A program made the position numbers and the translations under genes. From a candidate division FCPU426 bacterium (lineage in GTDB: Bacteria; Oederibacteriota; Muellerivitia; Muellerivitales; Muellerivitaceae): a DNA stretch of 64,000 bases. How positions within the stretch are numbered: position 1 is the first letter of the stretch; every line of letters begins with the position of its first letter. The notes below the pieces were generated by a model, which ran no database searches, was not told the DNA's origin, and saw only the letters and a program-made list of their open reading frames with translations. The stretch lies in NCBI GenBank assembly GCA_963847625.1, contig CAWKAR010000038.1:32001-96000 (forward strand), written 5' to 3'. Positions 38,677 through 52,055 of this stretch are shown piece by piece.

Positions 38677-39240
38677 ATGTCGACCATTTCCGAAAATGGG
38701 GAAAGCCCTAAACCCGAAAAAAAGAAAAAAAATACTGGTTCTTCTAAGAGAATCAAGGTTAATCCTAAGATTTCTATAGTCCAGGATGTCATCCTTCTTA
38801 TGAATGAAGCTCAGGTCAACGAATTACATTTCGAACAAGGTGGTGTCAAAATCCATCTTCGCAAGGGAGCTGGGCCATCTTTTGAGACTTTTAAGATAAA
38901 TGGTGTGGGAACTGCGAGTCAGGCCTCAGAGACCAATCCCACCCAGGTTTCCCAGTCTCCATCCCAAATGGGACCTACTCTGACCCCGAAAAATGAAAGC
39001 ACCGTAACGATTAATTCCCCAATGGTTGGTACTTTCTACAGATCCTCAGCTCCGGAGGCCAAACCCTTTATTGAAGAAGGAGACAAGATTGAGGCGGGTC
39101 AGGTTTATTGCATCATTGAGGCCATGAAACTAATGAATGAAGTGAAGGCCGATCAGGCTGGAAAAGTTGTTAAGATCCTCGCCCAAAACGGGCAAGCCGT
39201 CGAGTTTAACCAGCCCCTTATCGTTATAGATCCCAGTTAA
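38677..39240 (+). CDS. accB: Acetyl-CoA carboxylase biotin carboxyl carrier protein
   Basis: SPMVGTFY, IIEAMKLMNE; AAGGAG upstream. Confidence 0.95.
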   Translation: MSTISENGESPKPEKKKKNTGSSKRIKVNPKISIVQDVILLMNEAQVNELHFEQGGVKIHLRKGAGPSFETFKINGVGTASQASETNPTQVSQSPSQMGPTLTPKNESTVTINSPMVGTFYRSSAPEAKPFIEEGDKIEAGQVYCIIEAMKLMNEVKADQAGKVVKILAQNGQAVEFNQPLIVIDPS

Positions 39241-39305
39241 AGAGAGTTGGCTCCTCGGCCAGCAGCAAGGTTCCTCGCATCATAAACATAACTTAAGGAA
39301 AACCC

Positions 39306-40673
39306 ATGTTTAACAAGATATTAATCGCAAACCGAGGTGAGATCGCACTTCGGATCATTCGAGCATGTAAAGAAATGGGTATTAAAACCGTTTCAGTCCA
39401 TTCAGAACCTGACGCCGATTCCCTACATGTGCATTTAGCTGATGAAAGTGTATGTATTGGGCGGGGTCCTAGTAGAGAAAGTTATCTTAACATTCCCGCG
39501 CTTATCAGCGCTGCTGAAATTACAGATGCTGAAGCCATACATCCAGGTTATGGCTTTCTTGCTGAAAATGCCCACTTCGCGGAGGTGTGCACAAGCTGTC
39601 AAATCAAATTCATCGGTCCTAAACCCGAAGTTATGAGACTCATGGGCGATAAGGTGGCCGCCATTCGAACGGCCAAGAAAGCGGGTGTTCCTACTACACC
39701 TGGAAGCGATGGAGCCGTCAAAGACGAAAAACAAGCCCTGGAAGTTGCTCATCTGATCAAGTATCCGGTCATTATCAAAGCGGCGGCGGGAGGGGGGAAG
39801 GGAATGCGTATCGCCCACACGGATCTTTCTCTAGCCCAAGGTTTCCAAACAGCTCGCTCCGAAGCAGAAGCGGCTTTTGGAAGCCCAGAAGTTTATATTG
39901 AAAAATATATCGAAGAGCCCCGGCATATTGAGGTCCAGGTATTAGGGGATGAATTCGGTCACGTCATCCACCTTGGAGAGAGGGATTGTACGGTACAAAG
40001 GGCTCATCAAAAATTGATTGAGGAGGCGCCTTCCCCCGTTATAAACGCACGTCAAAGGAAGAAAATCGGGAAATTAGCTTTAAAATTAGCTAAACAAGTG
40101 AATTATTCCTCTGCGGGGACTGTTGAATTTCTAATGGACAAGCAGGGACATTTTTATTTCATGGAAATGAATACTCGGGTCCAGGTGGAACATCCTGTTA
40201 CCGAACTGATCATGGGGGTTGATCTTATTCAGGAGCAAATTCGGATTGCAGCGGGAGAAAGACTATCGGTCGACAAAGATGTCCTACAACCCCGGGGACA
40301 TGCTATCGAGTGCCGCATCAACGCAGAAAATCCAGACGATGGTTTTAAGCCATCTCCCGGCACGATCACAACCTTCCACATGCCGGGCGGACCCGGGGTG
40401 CGGGTGGACACTCATCTTTACCAAGGTTATAAAGTTCCGCCTTTTTACGATTCCATGTTAGGTAAACTTATCGTCCATGCTCCAAGTCGTTCCGAGGCAA
40501 TCCAGAGGATGATTCGAGTCCTGGATGAACTAGTAATTGAAGGCATCTATACGACTAGTAGTTTTTTAAAGAATATACTTGAAAGTGAATCATTTAGACG
40601 AGGTGAGTATTCCACACATTTCGTTGAGAAGTTTTTGAAAAACATACGGGGAGAGGAAAGTTCCAAAAAATAG
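39306..40673 (+). CDS. accC: Acetyl-CoA carboxylase biotin carboxylase
   Basis: [43 protein letters not shown]. Confidence 0.97.
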   Translation: MFNKILIANRGEIALRIIRACKEMGIKTVSVHSEPDADSLHVHLADESVCIGRGPSRESYLNIPALISAAEITDAEAIHPGYGFLAENAHFAEVCTSCQIKFIGPKPEVMRLMGDKVAAIRTAKKAGVPTTPGSDGAVKDEKQALEVAHLIKYPVIIKAAAGGGKGMRIAHTDLSLAQGFQTARSEAEAAFGSPEVYIEKYIEEPRHIEVQVLGDEFGHVIHLGERDCTVQRAHQKLIEEAPSPVINARQRKKIGKLALKLAKQVNYSSAGTVEFLMDKQGHFYFMEMNTRVQVEHPVTELIMGVDLIQEQIRIAAGERLSVDKDVLQPRGHAIECRINAENPDDGFKPSPGTITTFHMPGGPGVRVDTHLYQGYKVPPFYDSMLGKLIVHAPSRSEAIQRMIRVLDELVIEGIYTTSSFLKNILESESFRRGEYSTHFVEKFLKNIRGEESSKK

Positions 40674-40728
40674 TTTGTTACGATGAATGGAGAAATTTAG
40701 GTCAACGGATTTAAAATGAAATGGAGAC

Positions 40729-41808
40729 TTGGAATTGAAAATTACGGTATATTTTGACCCGAAAGATGTTAAATCGACAGTTATCCAGAATGCCACTGTG
40801 GTTTTGGCGGATGTTTTAAGAACCTCGACAACCATTCCCCTTTATCTTTACCATGGGGCAAAAGGCGTTATTTTATGCCCGGAACCAGGTTCCGCAAGGA
40901 AGCAATTCGAAAAGCTCAAGAGGGGTGAGGGCCTTCTGGCTGGAGAACGGGATTGGGAAAAAATTCCAGGGTTTCATTTGGGAGGTTCCCCACTGGAATC
41001 CAGCCGTGACAAAGTTAAGAATCGGATTATTTGCATGAGTTCCTCTACTCCTTTGCGTGTTTTCCATCAAGCTAAACATATTATTTTAGGTTCGTTTGTG
41101 AATTTAACCGATGTTTATGATTCCTGCTTACGTGCCAAGCGGGACGTGGTGATTGTTTGCGCCGGTGGACCCGAGGATTTTGCCTTTGCCGGAATGTTAG
41201 TGGATTTTCTCCAAAGCACTTTAGGCGGTACTCCCATGGTTTTAGCTAAAAGCGCAAAAGATACGATCAGTTCATATAAGCCATGGCAAGGTCGTTTATG
41301 GGAACTTATGAAAGATTCCCCGGACGGTAAGGGATTGATTCTAAAAGGGTTTGCCAAAGATCTTGATTTTTGTTCAAAGTTAAACAAAATTTCAGTTGTC
41401 CCCATATTCCAGAACCATCTTTTCATCAAGGAAGATGCCCCGAAACCCAAGAAACTTTTTGAGACTGATGGCAAACCCAAGGCTGCCACAACCCCTCCGA
41501 AAAAGGGGAAATCCATCAAGGTCATGGTGCCTCTTTTTCCCAAAAATCCTGAACATCCCGTCCCCGGGATAGAGAAGTCGGGCGCCAAGAAAGGGCAAGA
41601 AACAACGGAAGAGAAGAAAAAAGGTGAAGACAGGAAAAAAGATCCGGAGATTTCAAAAAAGGCCGAAACGAAAAATTTAGTTAACAGTTTCAAACCGAAG
41701 AAGATTCACGGAAAATCAGTTCCCATGTTCAGTAAGAAAACCATCGCAACAAACATTGTAAAAACTCCAGTGAAGACTGTGGGGAAACCCATCGGAAAGA
41801 AAAAATAA
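40729..41808 (+). CDS. ComB-like 2-phosphosulfolactate phosphatase family protein with Lys-rich tail
   Basis: DVLRTSTT, LAGER, FHLGGSP, IVCAG...ED; C-terminal ~120 aa Lys/Pro-rich. Confidence 0.75.
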   Translation: MELKITVYFDPKDVKSTVIQNATVVLADVLRTSTTIPLYLYHGAKGVILCPEPGSARKQFEKLKRGEGLLAGERDWEKIPGFHLGGSPLESSRDKVKNRIICMSSSTPLRVFHQAKHIILGSFVNLTDVYDSCLRAKRDVVIVCAGGPEDFAFAGMLVDFLQSTLGGTPMVLAKSAKDTISSYKPWQGRLWELMKDSPDGKGLILKGFAKDLDFCSKLNKISVVPIFQNHLFIKEDAPKPKKLFETDGKPKAATTPPKKGKSIKVMVPLFPKNPEHPVPGIEKSGAKKGQETTEEKKKGEDRKKDPEISKKAETKNLVNSFKPKKIHGKSVPMFSKKTIATNIVKTPVKTVGKPIGKKK

Positions 41809-41831
41809 TCTTTTGCCAGGTGGAGTGGCCC

Positions 41832-42254
41832 ATGAAATCAACTGGCCAGTTTTTTACCGTGCTGAGAGTTTTGGACGCCAATTGCAATCGGGCCCGAGAG
41901 GGTTTGCGCGTGGCAGAGGATGTGGCGCGTTTTATCCTGAACGATTCCAGCCTCTTCGCCCGCTTGAAAAAGCTCAGGCATGATGTGACTACGGCCGAAA
42001 AAAGTCTTTTTCATTCCAAAAGACTCCGAATCCAAGCCCGGGATGTGGAAAAGGATTTTGGCCGGGAAAATCGTATGGAAACCGAAGAAACCAGAACCGA
42101 TTTAAATGACCTTTTGACCGCCAACTTGAAACGGTCCCAGGAAGCCCTCCGATCCCTGGAAGAATTCTCCAAAATTTTAGGCCATCCTTCTTCGCAAAAA
42201 TTCAAAAAAATCCGTTACGAGTGTTACCAAATCGAAGAATCACTCATGAGTTAA
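41832..42254 (+). CDS. Stand-alone thiamine-phosphate synthase N-terminal-type (ThiD2-like) domain protein
   Basis: RVLDANCNRAREGLRVAEDVARF, KKLRH, ARDVEKD, ANLKRSQEALRSLEEFSK. Confidence 0.8.
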   Translation: MKSTGQFFTVLRVLDANCNRAREGLRVAEDVARFILNDSSLFARLKKLRHDVTTAEKSLFHSKRLRIQARDVEKDFGRENRMETEETRTDLNDLLTANLKRSQEALRSLEEFSKILGHPSSQKFKKIRYECYQIEESLMS

Positions 42255-42300
42255 TCTGCTGTAATGACGTTGCATTCCGGATTGCCCCTGGATATGCTAA

Positions 42301-44202
<1,902 letters not shown>

Positions 44203-44266
44203 AACGATTAAAAAGAATTGTCTGGGGAAAATAAAGTTCGTTTTAATCCCCAAAGGAATGTCAAAT

Positions 44267-44302
44267 AAAAAAGGTTTCGCTTATATCAGCGAAGCCTTCT
44301 TT
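44267..44302. terminator. Hairpin terminator between convergent thiC and ferredoxin
   Basis: AAGGTTTCGCT-TATATC-AGCGAAGCCTT with A-run on the left and TCTTT on the right. Confidence 0.6.
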
Positions 44303-44317
44303 AAAATTAATAAAATT

Positions 44318-44635
44318 CTAGTTGACCAGCTTGTTGACATCAGGACGCTTTGGAGGATCGTTGGCGGGGCGAGTGGGGACGGCTGGATTGTTTTTGAACG
44401 TGGGAGCCAATTGCGCGTTGATTTTGGCGTACTCGGGATCCTTATCTGCGCCTTCTGCAATGGCTCCAATTGGACAGGCCGAATAACAACTGGTACATTC
44501 GGTGCATTCTTCGGGATCGATCACCATAAAGGGTTGTCCTTTATAATCGCCTGGATGAATACAATTCACGGGGCACACGTCCACGCATTGCGCATAAACT
44601 TCTCCCAGGCATTTTTCAGTAATAACATAGGGCAT
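44318..44635 (-). CDS. Dicluster (7Fe-type) ferredoxin
   Basis: MPYVITEKC-x7-CVDVCP and CTECTSCYSACP; AGGAGG upstream. Confidence 0.9.
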   Translation of the reverse strand: MPYVITEKCLGEVYAQCVDVCPVNCIHPGDYKGQPFMVIDPEECTECTSCYSACPIGAIAEGADKDPEYAKINAQLAPTFKNNPAVPTRPANDPPKRPDVNKLVN

Positions 44636-44973
44636 TGTTCGCCTCCTTGGGTCTTTGCCCCCTGCCGTTGGAGAGGGTTTTAAAGACATTAAAAACACCC
44701 ACTAATCATATTCCTGAAGATGATTTTTTATGTGGGACGGCAAAACGTCGTTAGTTTAGAAGAGATGGCCTTTCCTTCGCAAGACCAATTTTCGCTTTTT
44801 TCTTAATAAATCAGCCTTTACGATGGGGGACCCAGAATGGTAGCTTGAGTGAGGAAAAGTTGATATTCCGTAGGGAATCCTTTAGAAAACATAATTCAGA
44901 ATTCTTGAAAGCTTGCCAATTCGGTCTTAAATTTTCCCTAGTAAATTAACTGGGATGAACTATGAAGGAAAAC

Positions 44974-46134
44974 ATGGCTTCAAAAAAAGATTACTATGAA
45001 TTATTAGGCGTTTCACGCAACGCTAAAGTGGATGACATCAAGAAGGCTTACAGAACTCTTGCTAAAAAATTCCATCCTGATGCTAATCCTAATAACAAAG
45101 AGGCTGAGGAAAAGTTTAAGGAAATCAACGAGGCTTATGAGGTGTTATCGGACCTCCAGAAAAAATCGGCTTACGACCAATTTGGCCATGCGGGAGTCGG
45201 GACAAGTGGTTTTACCGGTGGTTACAGCGGAGGTTTTAGACCCCAAGATTTCGGAAATGCGTCTGATTTTGAAGATATTTTTGGCGATGTTTTCAGTAAT
45301 TTCTTTGGCGGGAGCGGGGGAACTCGTTCAGGCCGGTCCCGAAGCCAAGCCCAGGAAGGGGAAGATCTTCGCCATGATTTGGAACTAACTTTTGAGGAAG
45401 CGGCTTTTGGGACGACACGCGAAATTAAAATCCGAAAACTGACGACCTGTGAGATTTGTCATGGTTCAGGGGCAAAGGCCGGTTCCGGGCGGGTGGTTTG
45501 CTCTGTTTGTAAAGGAACTGGCCAGATTCGCCAATCCCAAGGTTTTTTTACCATAGCTAGAACTTGTAACCGTTGCAATGGCCAAGGGGAGATGCCCGGC
45601 ACCCCCTGCTCGACCTGTCAGGGGCATGGACGCCTGGAAAAAGACAGAATAGTTTCAGTGAAAGTTCCCGCGGGAGTAGATGAGGGTTCCCGTCTAAGGC
45701 TTCGCGGCGAGGGGGAAGCGGGTCTTAACGGCGGACCAGCTGGTGATCTTTATATATTTCTTCATGTTGAAGCACATGATTTTTTTGAAAGAGATGGAAG
45801 CGACCTTCGTTGTGAGATCCCCATTACCTTTATCCAGGCTGCATTAGGTGCTGAAATAGAAGTCCCGACTTTGGAAGAGCCGGTCAAGATGAAGATACCG
45901 GCTGGAACGCAATCTGGCAAAATTTTTAGGTTGAAGGAAAAAGGCATGAGAAATCCCCAAGAGTCAGGTTTGGGGGATTTATATGTGAAGGTTGTAGTGG
46001 AGGTCCCGACGGATCTGAATTCCAAACAGAGGAAACTTTTAGAGGAGTTCGAAACCCTGACCCGAGAAAACAATACACCCCTTATCACTGATTTCATGAA
46101 TAAGATGAAAATTTTTTTCGATCGCAAAAAATGA
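44974..46134 (+). CDS. dnaJ: Chaperone DnaJ
   Basis: HPD J-domain, G/F-rich region, four CxxCxGxG motifs. Confidence 0.97.
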   Translation: MASKKDYYELLGVSRNAKVDDIKKAYRTLAKKFHPDANPNNKEAEEKFKEINEAYEVLSDLQKKSAYDQFGHAGVGTSGFTGGYSGGFRPQDFGNASDFEDIFGDVFSNFFGGSGGTRSGRSRSQAQEGEDLRHDLELTFEEAAFGTTREIKIRKLTTCEICHGSGAKAGSGRVVCSVCKGTGQIRQSQGFFTIARTCNRCNGQGEMPGTPCSTCQGHGRLEKDRIVSVKVPAGVDEGSRLRLRGEGEAGLNGGPAGDLYIFLHVEAHDFFERDGSDLRCEIPITFIQAALGAEIEVPTLEEPVKMKIPAGTQSGKIFRLKEKGMRNPQESGLGDLYVKVVVEVPTDLNSKQRKLLEEFETLTRENNTPLITDFMNKMKIFFDRKK

Positions 46135-46907
46135 GTTTTATTCCGCGCCTTTATTTGACATCGGCCCCTTCATTCACCGAACAATATCATTTAGATGCTT
46201 CTTCGTCCCGTTATTTGGTTCGGGTATTAAGAATGCGCGAAGGGCATCACTTTTGGGGTTTTGATGCCCAGGGGTCCTTATTTGACATGGGATTGATCAA
46301 AGCGGACCCGGAACATTCTATTGCTCAAGTCATAAGCAAAAAGGAAAATATTTCAGGCATAAACAATGTTCATATCGCATTAGGTCAAAGTCTTCCCAAA
46401 TCCAATAAATTGGATTTGATCCTTCAACAGGGTACGGAAATAGGTATCCATCGATTTATTCCACTGATGACGGAAAGGAGCATTTCAAGGCCACAACTAT
46501 CACAATATGGGCATAAAAAAAAACGGTGGGAAAAAATAATATTAGAGGCCACTCGGCAATGCGCAAGAACGGACGTACCGCATCTGGATGGAATTACCGG
46601 TTGGCAAGAGTGTTTGAGACAAATGAAAGATTTTGATCAGGTATTGATGCCTTATGAAAAAGAGGCTCCAACTTTGAAAACGGTGTTAGAATCAAAGCCG
46701 TTCGCGCGTCGAATCCTTGTTTTAATTGGACCCGAAGGCGGGTGGGCGGCGGAAGAGATAAATTCGGGAGAACAATGTGGAGCCTCTCCTGTTCATTTGG
46801 CCACTCCAATTCTGCGAACCGAAACTGCGGGAATAGTTGTTGTTGCAATGATTCAATTTTATAAATCTTCCAATGACGGGGAAATCGGATCCAGTGAAAA
46901 AAAATAA
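46131..46907 (+). CDS. rsmE: 16S rRNA m3U1498 methyltransferase
   Basis: RVLRM, TEIG, EATRQC, IGPEGG, ILRTETA. Confidence 0.93.
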   Translation: MSFIPRLYLTSAPSFTEQYHLDASSSRYLVRVLRMREGHHFWGFDAQGSLFDMGLIKADPEHSIAQVISKKENISGINNVHIALGQSLPKSNKLDLILQQGTEIGIHRFIPLMTERSISRPQLSQYGHKKKRWEKIILEATRQCARTDVPHLDGITGWQECLRQMKDFDQVLMPYEKEAPTLKTVLESKPFARRILVLIGPEGGWAAEEINSGEQCGASPVHLATPILRTETAGIVVVAMIQFYKSSNDGEIGSSEKK

Positions 46908-47772
46908 TGTGTTTATCAAAAGTGAAATAACAGGATTTAGCCAATTGGTTTTCATCCTTGGCCATCCTTTGGAGCATTCTCTATCCCCTTTCATACATAA
47001 TGCCGCATTCGCTAACCTGCATCTTCCTTGGGTTTACATTCCTTTGGAGATATCATCCAGTCAAATAAAGGATGCAATAGGGGTTTTACGATCTTTCAAT
47101 TCGAAAGGGGCTAATGTAACAGTACCCTATAAAGAAGCGGTGTTACCTTGGCTTGATTGGGTTGAACCGGAAGCAAGATGGCTGGGATCCGTCAATACCA
47201 TTTATCGTGATGGGAAAAAACTATTTGGTGAATCTACCGATGGCGAGGGTTTTTTAAGATCACTTGGATCCTGGCGGAAAAAGTTGAGAGGTTCCGCCGG
47301 TCTTCTTTTGGGAGCGGGTGGTGCAGGGAAGGCAGTGTCAGGCGCATTATCTCGGTCGGGTGTGAAAAAGTTATATGTTTTTGATCAATTAGAGGAAAGA
47401 GCCACGGCTCTTGTTAAATTAATCCGAAAACGCAATAGAAGAATTGAAATTGCTGAAGTGTCACGACAAAATGCTGAAAAACTTTTGGCCGGTTGTGATT
47501 GGGTTATACAAGCTACTTCAACGGGATTAAAAAAAGAGGACCCTTCGCCCTTATCATTAAATTTTTCGCGTTCCCAGACATGGGTTGTCGATTTAATTTA
47601 TCATCATCCTACCTCTTTTCTACTAGAAGCAAAAACGAGGCATTTGCCTTATTTAAACGGATTAGGAATGCTTTTACATCAGGGCGCTTTATCCTTTCAA
47701 CGTTGGACGGGTCGCAGAGCCCCTGTGAAAATTATGAAAAGAGCTTTATTGTCCAGATTAGGGTTGGGTTGA
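46873..47772 (+). CDS. aroE: Shikimate dehydrogenase
   Basis: GHPLEHSLSP, GANVTVPYK, SVNT, GAGGAG, GLGMLLHQG; start uncertain. Confidence 0.93.
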   Translation: MTGKSDPVKKNNVFIKSEITGFSQLVFILGHPLEHSLSPFIHNAAFANLHLPWVYIPLEISSSQIKDAIGVLRSFNSKGANVTVPYKEAVLPWLDWVEPEARWLGSVNTIYRDGKKLFGESTDGEGFLRSLGSWRKKLRGSAGLLLGAGGAGKAVSGALSRSGVKKLYVFDQLEERATALVKLIRKRNRRIEIAEVSRQNAEKLLAGCDWVIQATSTGLKKEDPSPLSLNFSRSQTWVVDLIYHHPTSFLLEAKTRHLPYLNGLGMLLHQGALSFQRWTGRRAPVKIMKRALLSRLGLG

Positions 47773-47791
47773 AGGCCATAATGGACAAACG

Positions 47792-47820
47792 TTGACTTCA
47801 ATTTTTTCCGATTCTATACT
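47792..47820 (+). promoter_or_regulatory. Sigma70-type promoter upstream of pilB
   Basis: TTGACT-17 bp-TATACT. Confidence 0.65.
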
Positions 47821-47875
47821 TCTTTATTGAAGTGCTTTAACCCAGTTGAAATTTCCTTCCTTTTCGAGGTTTTTA

Positions 47876-49630
47876 ATGCCTGAATCCATGAAAAAGCGCC
47901 TGGGTGAAATGCTCGTGGATGAAGGAATTATTACCGAAGAGCAGCTTCAGGAAGCTCTTCATGAGCAAAAAATCAAAGGAGGAAGACTTGAAAAAATCCT
48001 AATCAGCCAAGGTTATGTTACTCAGGAAGTAATAATGGCATTTGTGGGAACCCAACTGGGTATCCCCCATGTTAACTTGAGTGAAATCGGCGAAATTCCA
48101 ACGGATGTCGTTTTTTCTGTGCCTGAATCCATCGCTATCAATCATTGCCTTATCCCCATTGTAAAAAAAGAAAATAAGATTACGGTTGCAATGGCCGATC
48201 CATTGAATGTTTTTGCCATTGATGACATTAAAATGACAACCGAATTTGAGGTGGAACCCGCCATTGCCAGCGAAACCGAAATCAGGGCATTACAGGCTAA
48301 ATACTACGGAACCGCCGCCGCAGGTGGAGGCGGAGGTGCGGAAGCTAGCGGCGATATGCAAGAGATTATCAATTCCATGGGCGCTGATAGTAATTTAGAG
48401 GTTATGGAAGAAAAGGATGAGGAAATTGATATTTCTAAATTGGAAGCTGCCGGTGAAGAGGCGCCAGTTGTTCGGTTGGTTAACCTGATTTTAACTGAAG
48501 CGGTAAGGGGAGGGGCAAGCGACATTCATATAGAACCCTACGAAAAAAATTTAAGGTGTCGTTATCGAATAGACGGAGTATTGCATGAGGTGCAATCGCC
48601 CCCGAGGTCTTTATCAGCGGCTATTTCTTCACGCATAAAAATCATGTCTTCTTTGGACATTGCTGAAAGACGGCTACCACAGGATGGGCGGATTAAAATT
48701 AAGGTTTTAGGAAAGGAGATCGATATAAGGGTTTCTATATGCCCTATCCAGTTTGGTGAAAAGATTGTTATGAGAATTTTGGATGCATCCAATTTGAGCC
48801 TGGATTTACCCAAATTGGGTTTTGAGGATGACGTTCTTCCTAAATTTGAAAAGGCAATCTTAGAACCCTATGGATTAGTATTGGCAACGGGGCCTACCGG
48901 TTCAGGGAAATCCACAACCCTTTACTCGGCGCTCCATTACATCAATAATCCGGATGTCAATATCTCGACTATTGAAGATCCGGTAGAATACAATCTTCAC
49001 GGTATCAATCAAGTTAACGCAAAATCTTCTATTGGCCTCACTTTCGCGGCGGGTTTAAGGTCATTCCTTAGACAAGATCCTGACATCATTATGGTTGGGG
49101 AAATTCGAGATAAAGAAACAGCAGAAATCGCGATTAACGCCGCCTTGACGGGCCACTTGGTGTTTTCAACACTTCATACTAATGATGCGCCCGGCGCTGT
49201 CACCCGGATGGGGAATATGGGTGTGGAACCGTTTTTAATTACTTCAACTGTGCATTGTGTTGTAGCGCAACGTTTGATGAGAAGAATATGCAAAGATTGC
49301 AAAGAAGCGTATGAGGCTCCGCCAGAAATTTTAGATGAACTCCTAGTTAATGCTGCTACAGATGAAACCACGACGTTGTATCGAGGGGTAGGCTGTGCAA
49401 ATTGTTCAAATACCGGTTATAAAGGCCGGATGGCGATACATGAAGTTTTAATGCTGAATGAAGATTTTCGAAAAGGTATTTTGCAACGTAAATCCTCAAC
49501 TGAATTGAAGAAAATCGCAAGAGAAGGTGGTATGCAAACTCTTCGGGAATGTGGCGTGAGGAAAGTTTTAAAAGGTTTGACTACAGTTGAGGAGCTTTTG
49601 CGTGTTGCTCATGCGGATGAAGAGGATTGA
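47876..49630 (+). CDS. pilB: Type IV pilus assembly ATPase
   Basis: N-terminal RLGEML (MshEN-like), ASDIHIEP, GPTGSGKS, LRQDPD, tetracysteine motif. Confidence 0.95.
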   Translation: MPESMKKRLGEMLVDEGIITEEQLQEALHEQKIKGGRLEKILISQGYVTQEVIMAFVGTQLGIPHVNLSEIGEIPTDVVFSVPESIAINHCLIPIVKKENKITVAMADPLNVFAIDDIKMTTEFEVEPAIASETEIRALQAKYYGTAAAGGGGGAEASGDMQEIINSMGADSNLEVMEEKDEEIDISKLEAAGEEAPVVRLVNLILTEAVRGGASDIHIEPYEKNLRCRYRIDGVLHEVQSPPRSLSAAISSRIKIMSSLDIAERRLPQDGRIKIKVLGKEIDIRVSICPIQFGEKIVMRILDASNLSLDLPKLGFEDDVLPKFEKAILEPYGLVLATGPTGSGKSTTLYSALHYINNPDVNISTIEDPVEYNLHGINQVNAKSSIGLTFAAGLRSFLRQDPDIIMVGEIRDKETAEIAINAALTGHLVFSTLHTNDAPGAVTRMGNMGVEPFLITSTVHCVVAQRLMRRICKDCKEAYEAPPEILDELLVNAATDETTTLYRGVGCANCSNTGYKGRMAIHEVLMLNEDFRKGILQRKSSTELKKIAREGGMQTLRECGVRKVLKGLTTVEELLRVAHADEED

Positions 49631-49661
49631 CGTATGATTACGAAACAAGAGAGGCGATTTT

Positions 49662-50726
49662 ATGGTCAATATTGATACTCTTTTACGCTTAATGTTTGAA
49701 AGAAATGCTTCGGATCTTCATATCACTGCAGGAGCCCCTCCGATGTTAAGAGTCGATGGGGTTATAACGCCAACTGAGTATGAAAAACTCAGACCTGAAA
49801 CCACCCAACAATTGATTTATAGTATTTTAACTGACGAGCAGAAAGAGAAATTTGAAAAAGATAATGAATTGGACGTATCTTTCGGCGTTGAAGGGGTGGG
49901 TCGCGTACGGATGAATGTTTTTCAACAAAGGGGGGCCGTGGCGGCTGCTCTTCGAAATATACCTACGACTATTCGCAATTTTGATGACCTCAAGTTACCT
50001 GCTATTGTACAAGACATCGTTAAATTACCAAAAGGTCTGGTCTTGGTAACCGGACCCACAGGTTCAGGGAAATCAACAACTTTAGCGGCAATGATTGATT
50101 GGATCAATTCCAACAGGCAGAGTCATATTATTACTATTGAAGACCCGATTGAATATGTTCATACGCACAAATCTTGTATTGTGAATCAAAGAGAAGTTGG
50201 AACAGATACACATACTTTTGCCTCGGCTTTAAAATATGCTTTGCGTGAAGATCCGGATGTGATTTTGATTGGTGAAATGCGTGACTTGGAAACCATTAAT
50301 GCAGCTCTAACCATTGCTGAAACCGGTCATTTGGTTTTTGCCACACTTCATACAGTTGATGCTATCCAAACTGTTAATCGCATAATCGATGTGTTTCCTG
50401 CTTCTCAACAACAACAGGTTCGTGCACAAATATCTTTTGTTCTTCAATCTATTTTATCTCAACAGCTTCTTCCAAAGGCATATGGATCAGGTCGTGTTGT
50501 AGCAATAGAAGTTCTTATACCAACAGCTGCTGTCCGTAATTTGATTCGAGAGGAAAAAATACATCAAATTTATTCAGCTATGCAAACAGGTACGGAATAT
50601 GGCATGCAAACCATGAACCAGGCATTATTCGAGCTTTATCAAAAACAACTAGTGAGTTACAACGAAATATTCTCCCGAACTTTGGATCCGAAAGAATTGC
50701 AACGCATGGTGAAGGGTGTAATTTAA
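49662..50726 (+). CDS. pilT: Type IV pilus retraction ATPase
   Basis: ASDLH, GPTGSGKSTT, ALREDPD, AVRNLIRE, GMQT. Confidence 0.96.
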   Translation: MVNIDTLLRLMFERNASDLHITAGAPPMLRVDGVITPTEYEKLRPETTQQLIYSILTDEQKEKFEKDNELDVSFGVEGVGRVRMNVFQQRGAVAAALRNIPTTIRNFDDLKLPAIVQDIVKLPKGLVLVTGPTGSGKSTTLAAMIDWINSNRQSHIITIEDPIEYVHTHKSCIVNQREVGTDTHTFASALKYALREDPDVILIGEMRDLETINAALTIAETGHLVFATLHTVDAIQTVNRIIDVFPASQQQQVRAQISFVLQSILSQQLLPKAYGSGRVVAIEVLIPTAAVRNLIREEKIHQIYSAMQTGTEYGMQTMNQALFELYQKQLVSYNEIFSRTLDPKELQRMVKGVI

Positions 50727-50752
50727 TTAAAATGAAGAAAAAAGGTTAATCC

Positions 50753-51967
50753 ATGCCTCTTTTTAAATACAAAGCCAAAAACAATTTAGGAAAGATTACA
50801 GAAGGCACACAGGAAGCGGAAAATGAAGCGGCTGTCGGGGTCATATTACGCCAAAAGCGTTTGGAGTTAGTTTCTGTTTCTCCAGCAAGTAGTTTTAGTT
50901 CCATTCTTGGCTCTATTTTAAGTAAAGGGGGAAATGTAAAAACTGTCGACATTGTTGTATTTAGTCGGCAATTTTCAACAATGATTAACGCTGGACTCCC
51001 TATTTTACAGGGTTTAACAATTGTAGCCGAACAGGCAGAAAATCCAAGTTTCCGAGTCATCATGACTAAAGTTAGGGATGATATTTCCAATGGGGTGCCG
51101 TTGTCAGATGCCATGGCAAAACATCCAAAAGTTTTCTCACCGCTTTACGTTAACATGGTTAAAGCTGGAGAACAGGGCGGTATTTTAGATGTTATTTTTG
51201 AACGTTTATCGGAGTATTTAGAAAAATCGGAAGGGGTTAGCCGAAAAATTAAGGCGGCAATGATGTATCCAGCCGTAGTTTTTTCTGTGGCGATTTTGGT
51301 TGTTATTTTTTTGATGGTAAAGGTTATTCCTACCTTTGAAACAGTTTTTGCGGGCTTTGGCGCCAAGTTACCCGGCCCAACCTTAGTTGTTATTGGCATT
51401 AGTCATTTTTTATTAAGTAAAAAGGCTATCTTTATTCTGATTTTTGGAGTGGGAATATACATTGCTTTAAAATTATACCGGAAGACAAAAACGGGTGCCT
51501 ATAACTGGGATAAGTTTTTGTTGCGTTTGCCGGTCATCGGAGTTTTATTGAGAAAAGCTGCTGTTGCAAAATTTGCCCGCACTTTAGGAACATTGATTAA
51601 ATCAGGCGTTCCAATCATGGATGCCCTTGAAACGGTGGGTAAAACTTCGGGAAATCTGGTAATAGAAAGAGCTATATTTAATGCCAGGGAATCAGTTAAA
51701 GAAGGAAAAACTTTAACCCAGCCACTAAAAGAAAGCAATGTTTTTCCTCCAATGGTAACGCAAATGATTAATGTTGGAGAAGAAACTGGTTCCATAGATA
51801 TAATGTTGTCAAAAGTTGCTGATTTCTATGAAGACGAGGTGGATGCGGCGGTAGAAGGATTAACTTCTATTATTGAGCCGATTTTAATTGTTTTTTTAGG
51901 AGTTACGCTTGGATTTATTGTAGTGGCTATGTTTATGCCAATATTTATGTTGGGAAGTATCGTTTGA
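50753..51967 (+). CDS. pilC: Type IV pilus platform protein
   Basis: FSRQFSTMINAGLP, AGEQGG, AAMMYP, GEETG, IIEP. Confidence 0.95.
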   Translation: MPLFKYKAKNNLGKITEGTQEAENEAAVGVILRQKRLELVSVSPASSFSSILGSILSKGGNVKTVDIVVFSRQFSTMINAGLPILQGLTIVAEQAENPSFRVIMTKVRDDISNGVPLSDAMAKHPKVFSPLYVNMVKAGEQGGILDVIFERLSEYLEKSEGVSRKIKAAMMYPAVVFSVAILVVIFLMVKVIPTFETVFAGFGAKLPGPTLVVIGISHFLLSKKAIFILIFGVGIYIALKLYRKTKTGAYNWDKFLLRLPVIGVLLRKAAVAKFARTLGTLIKSGVPIMDALETVGKTSGNLVIERAIFNARESVKEGKTLTQPLKESNVFPPMVTQMINVGEETGSIDIMLSKVADFYEDEVDAAVEGLTSIIEPILIVFLGVTLGFIVVAMFMPIFMLGSIV

Positions 51968-52055
51968 TAATATTTAGTTGTATTTTATAGCTGAATAGTT
52001 ACTTTTTTTAAAATTTTCTCAACAAAATTTTTGTTTTTTGCATGAGGGTTAAAAA

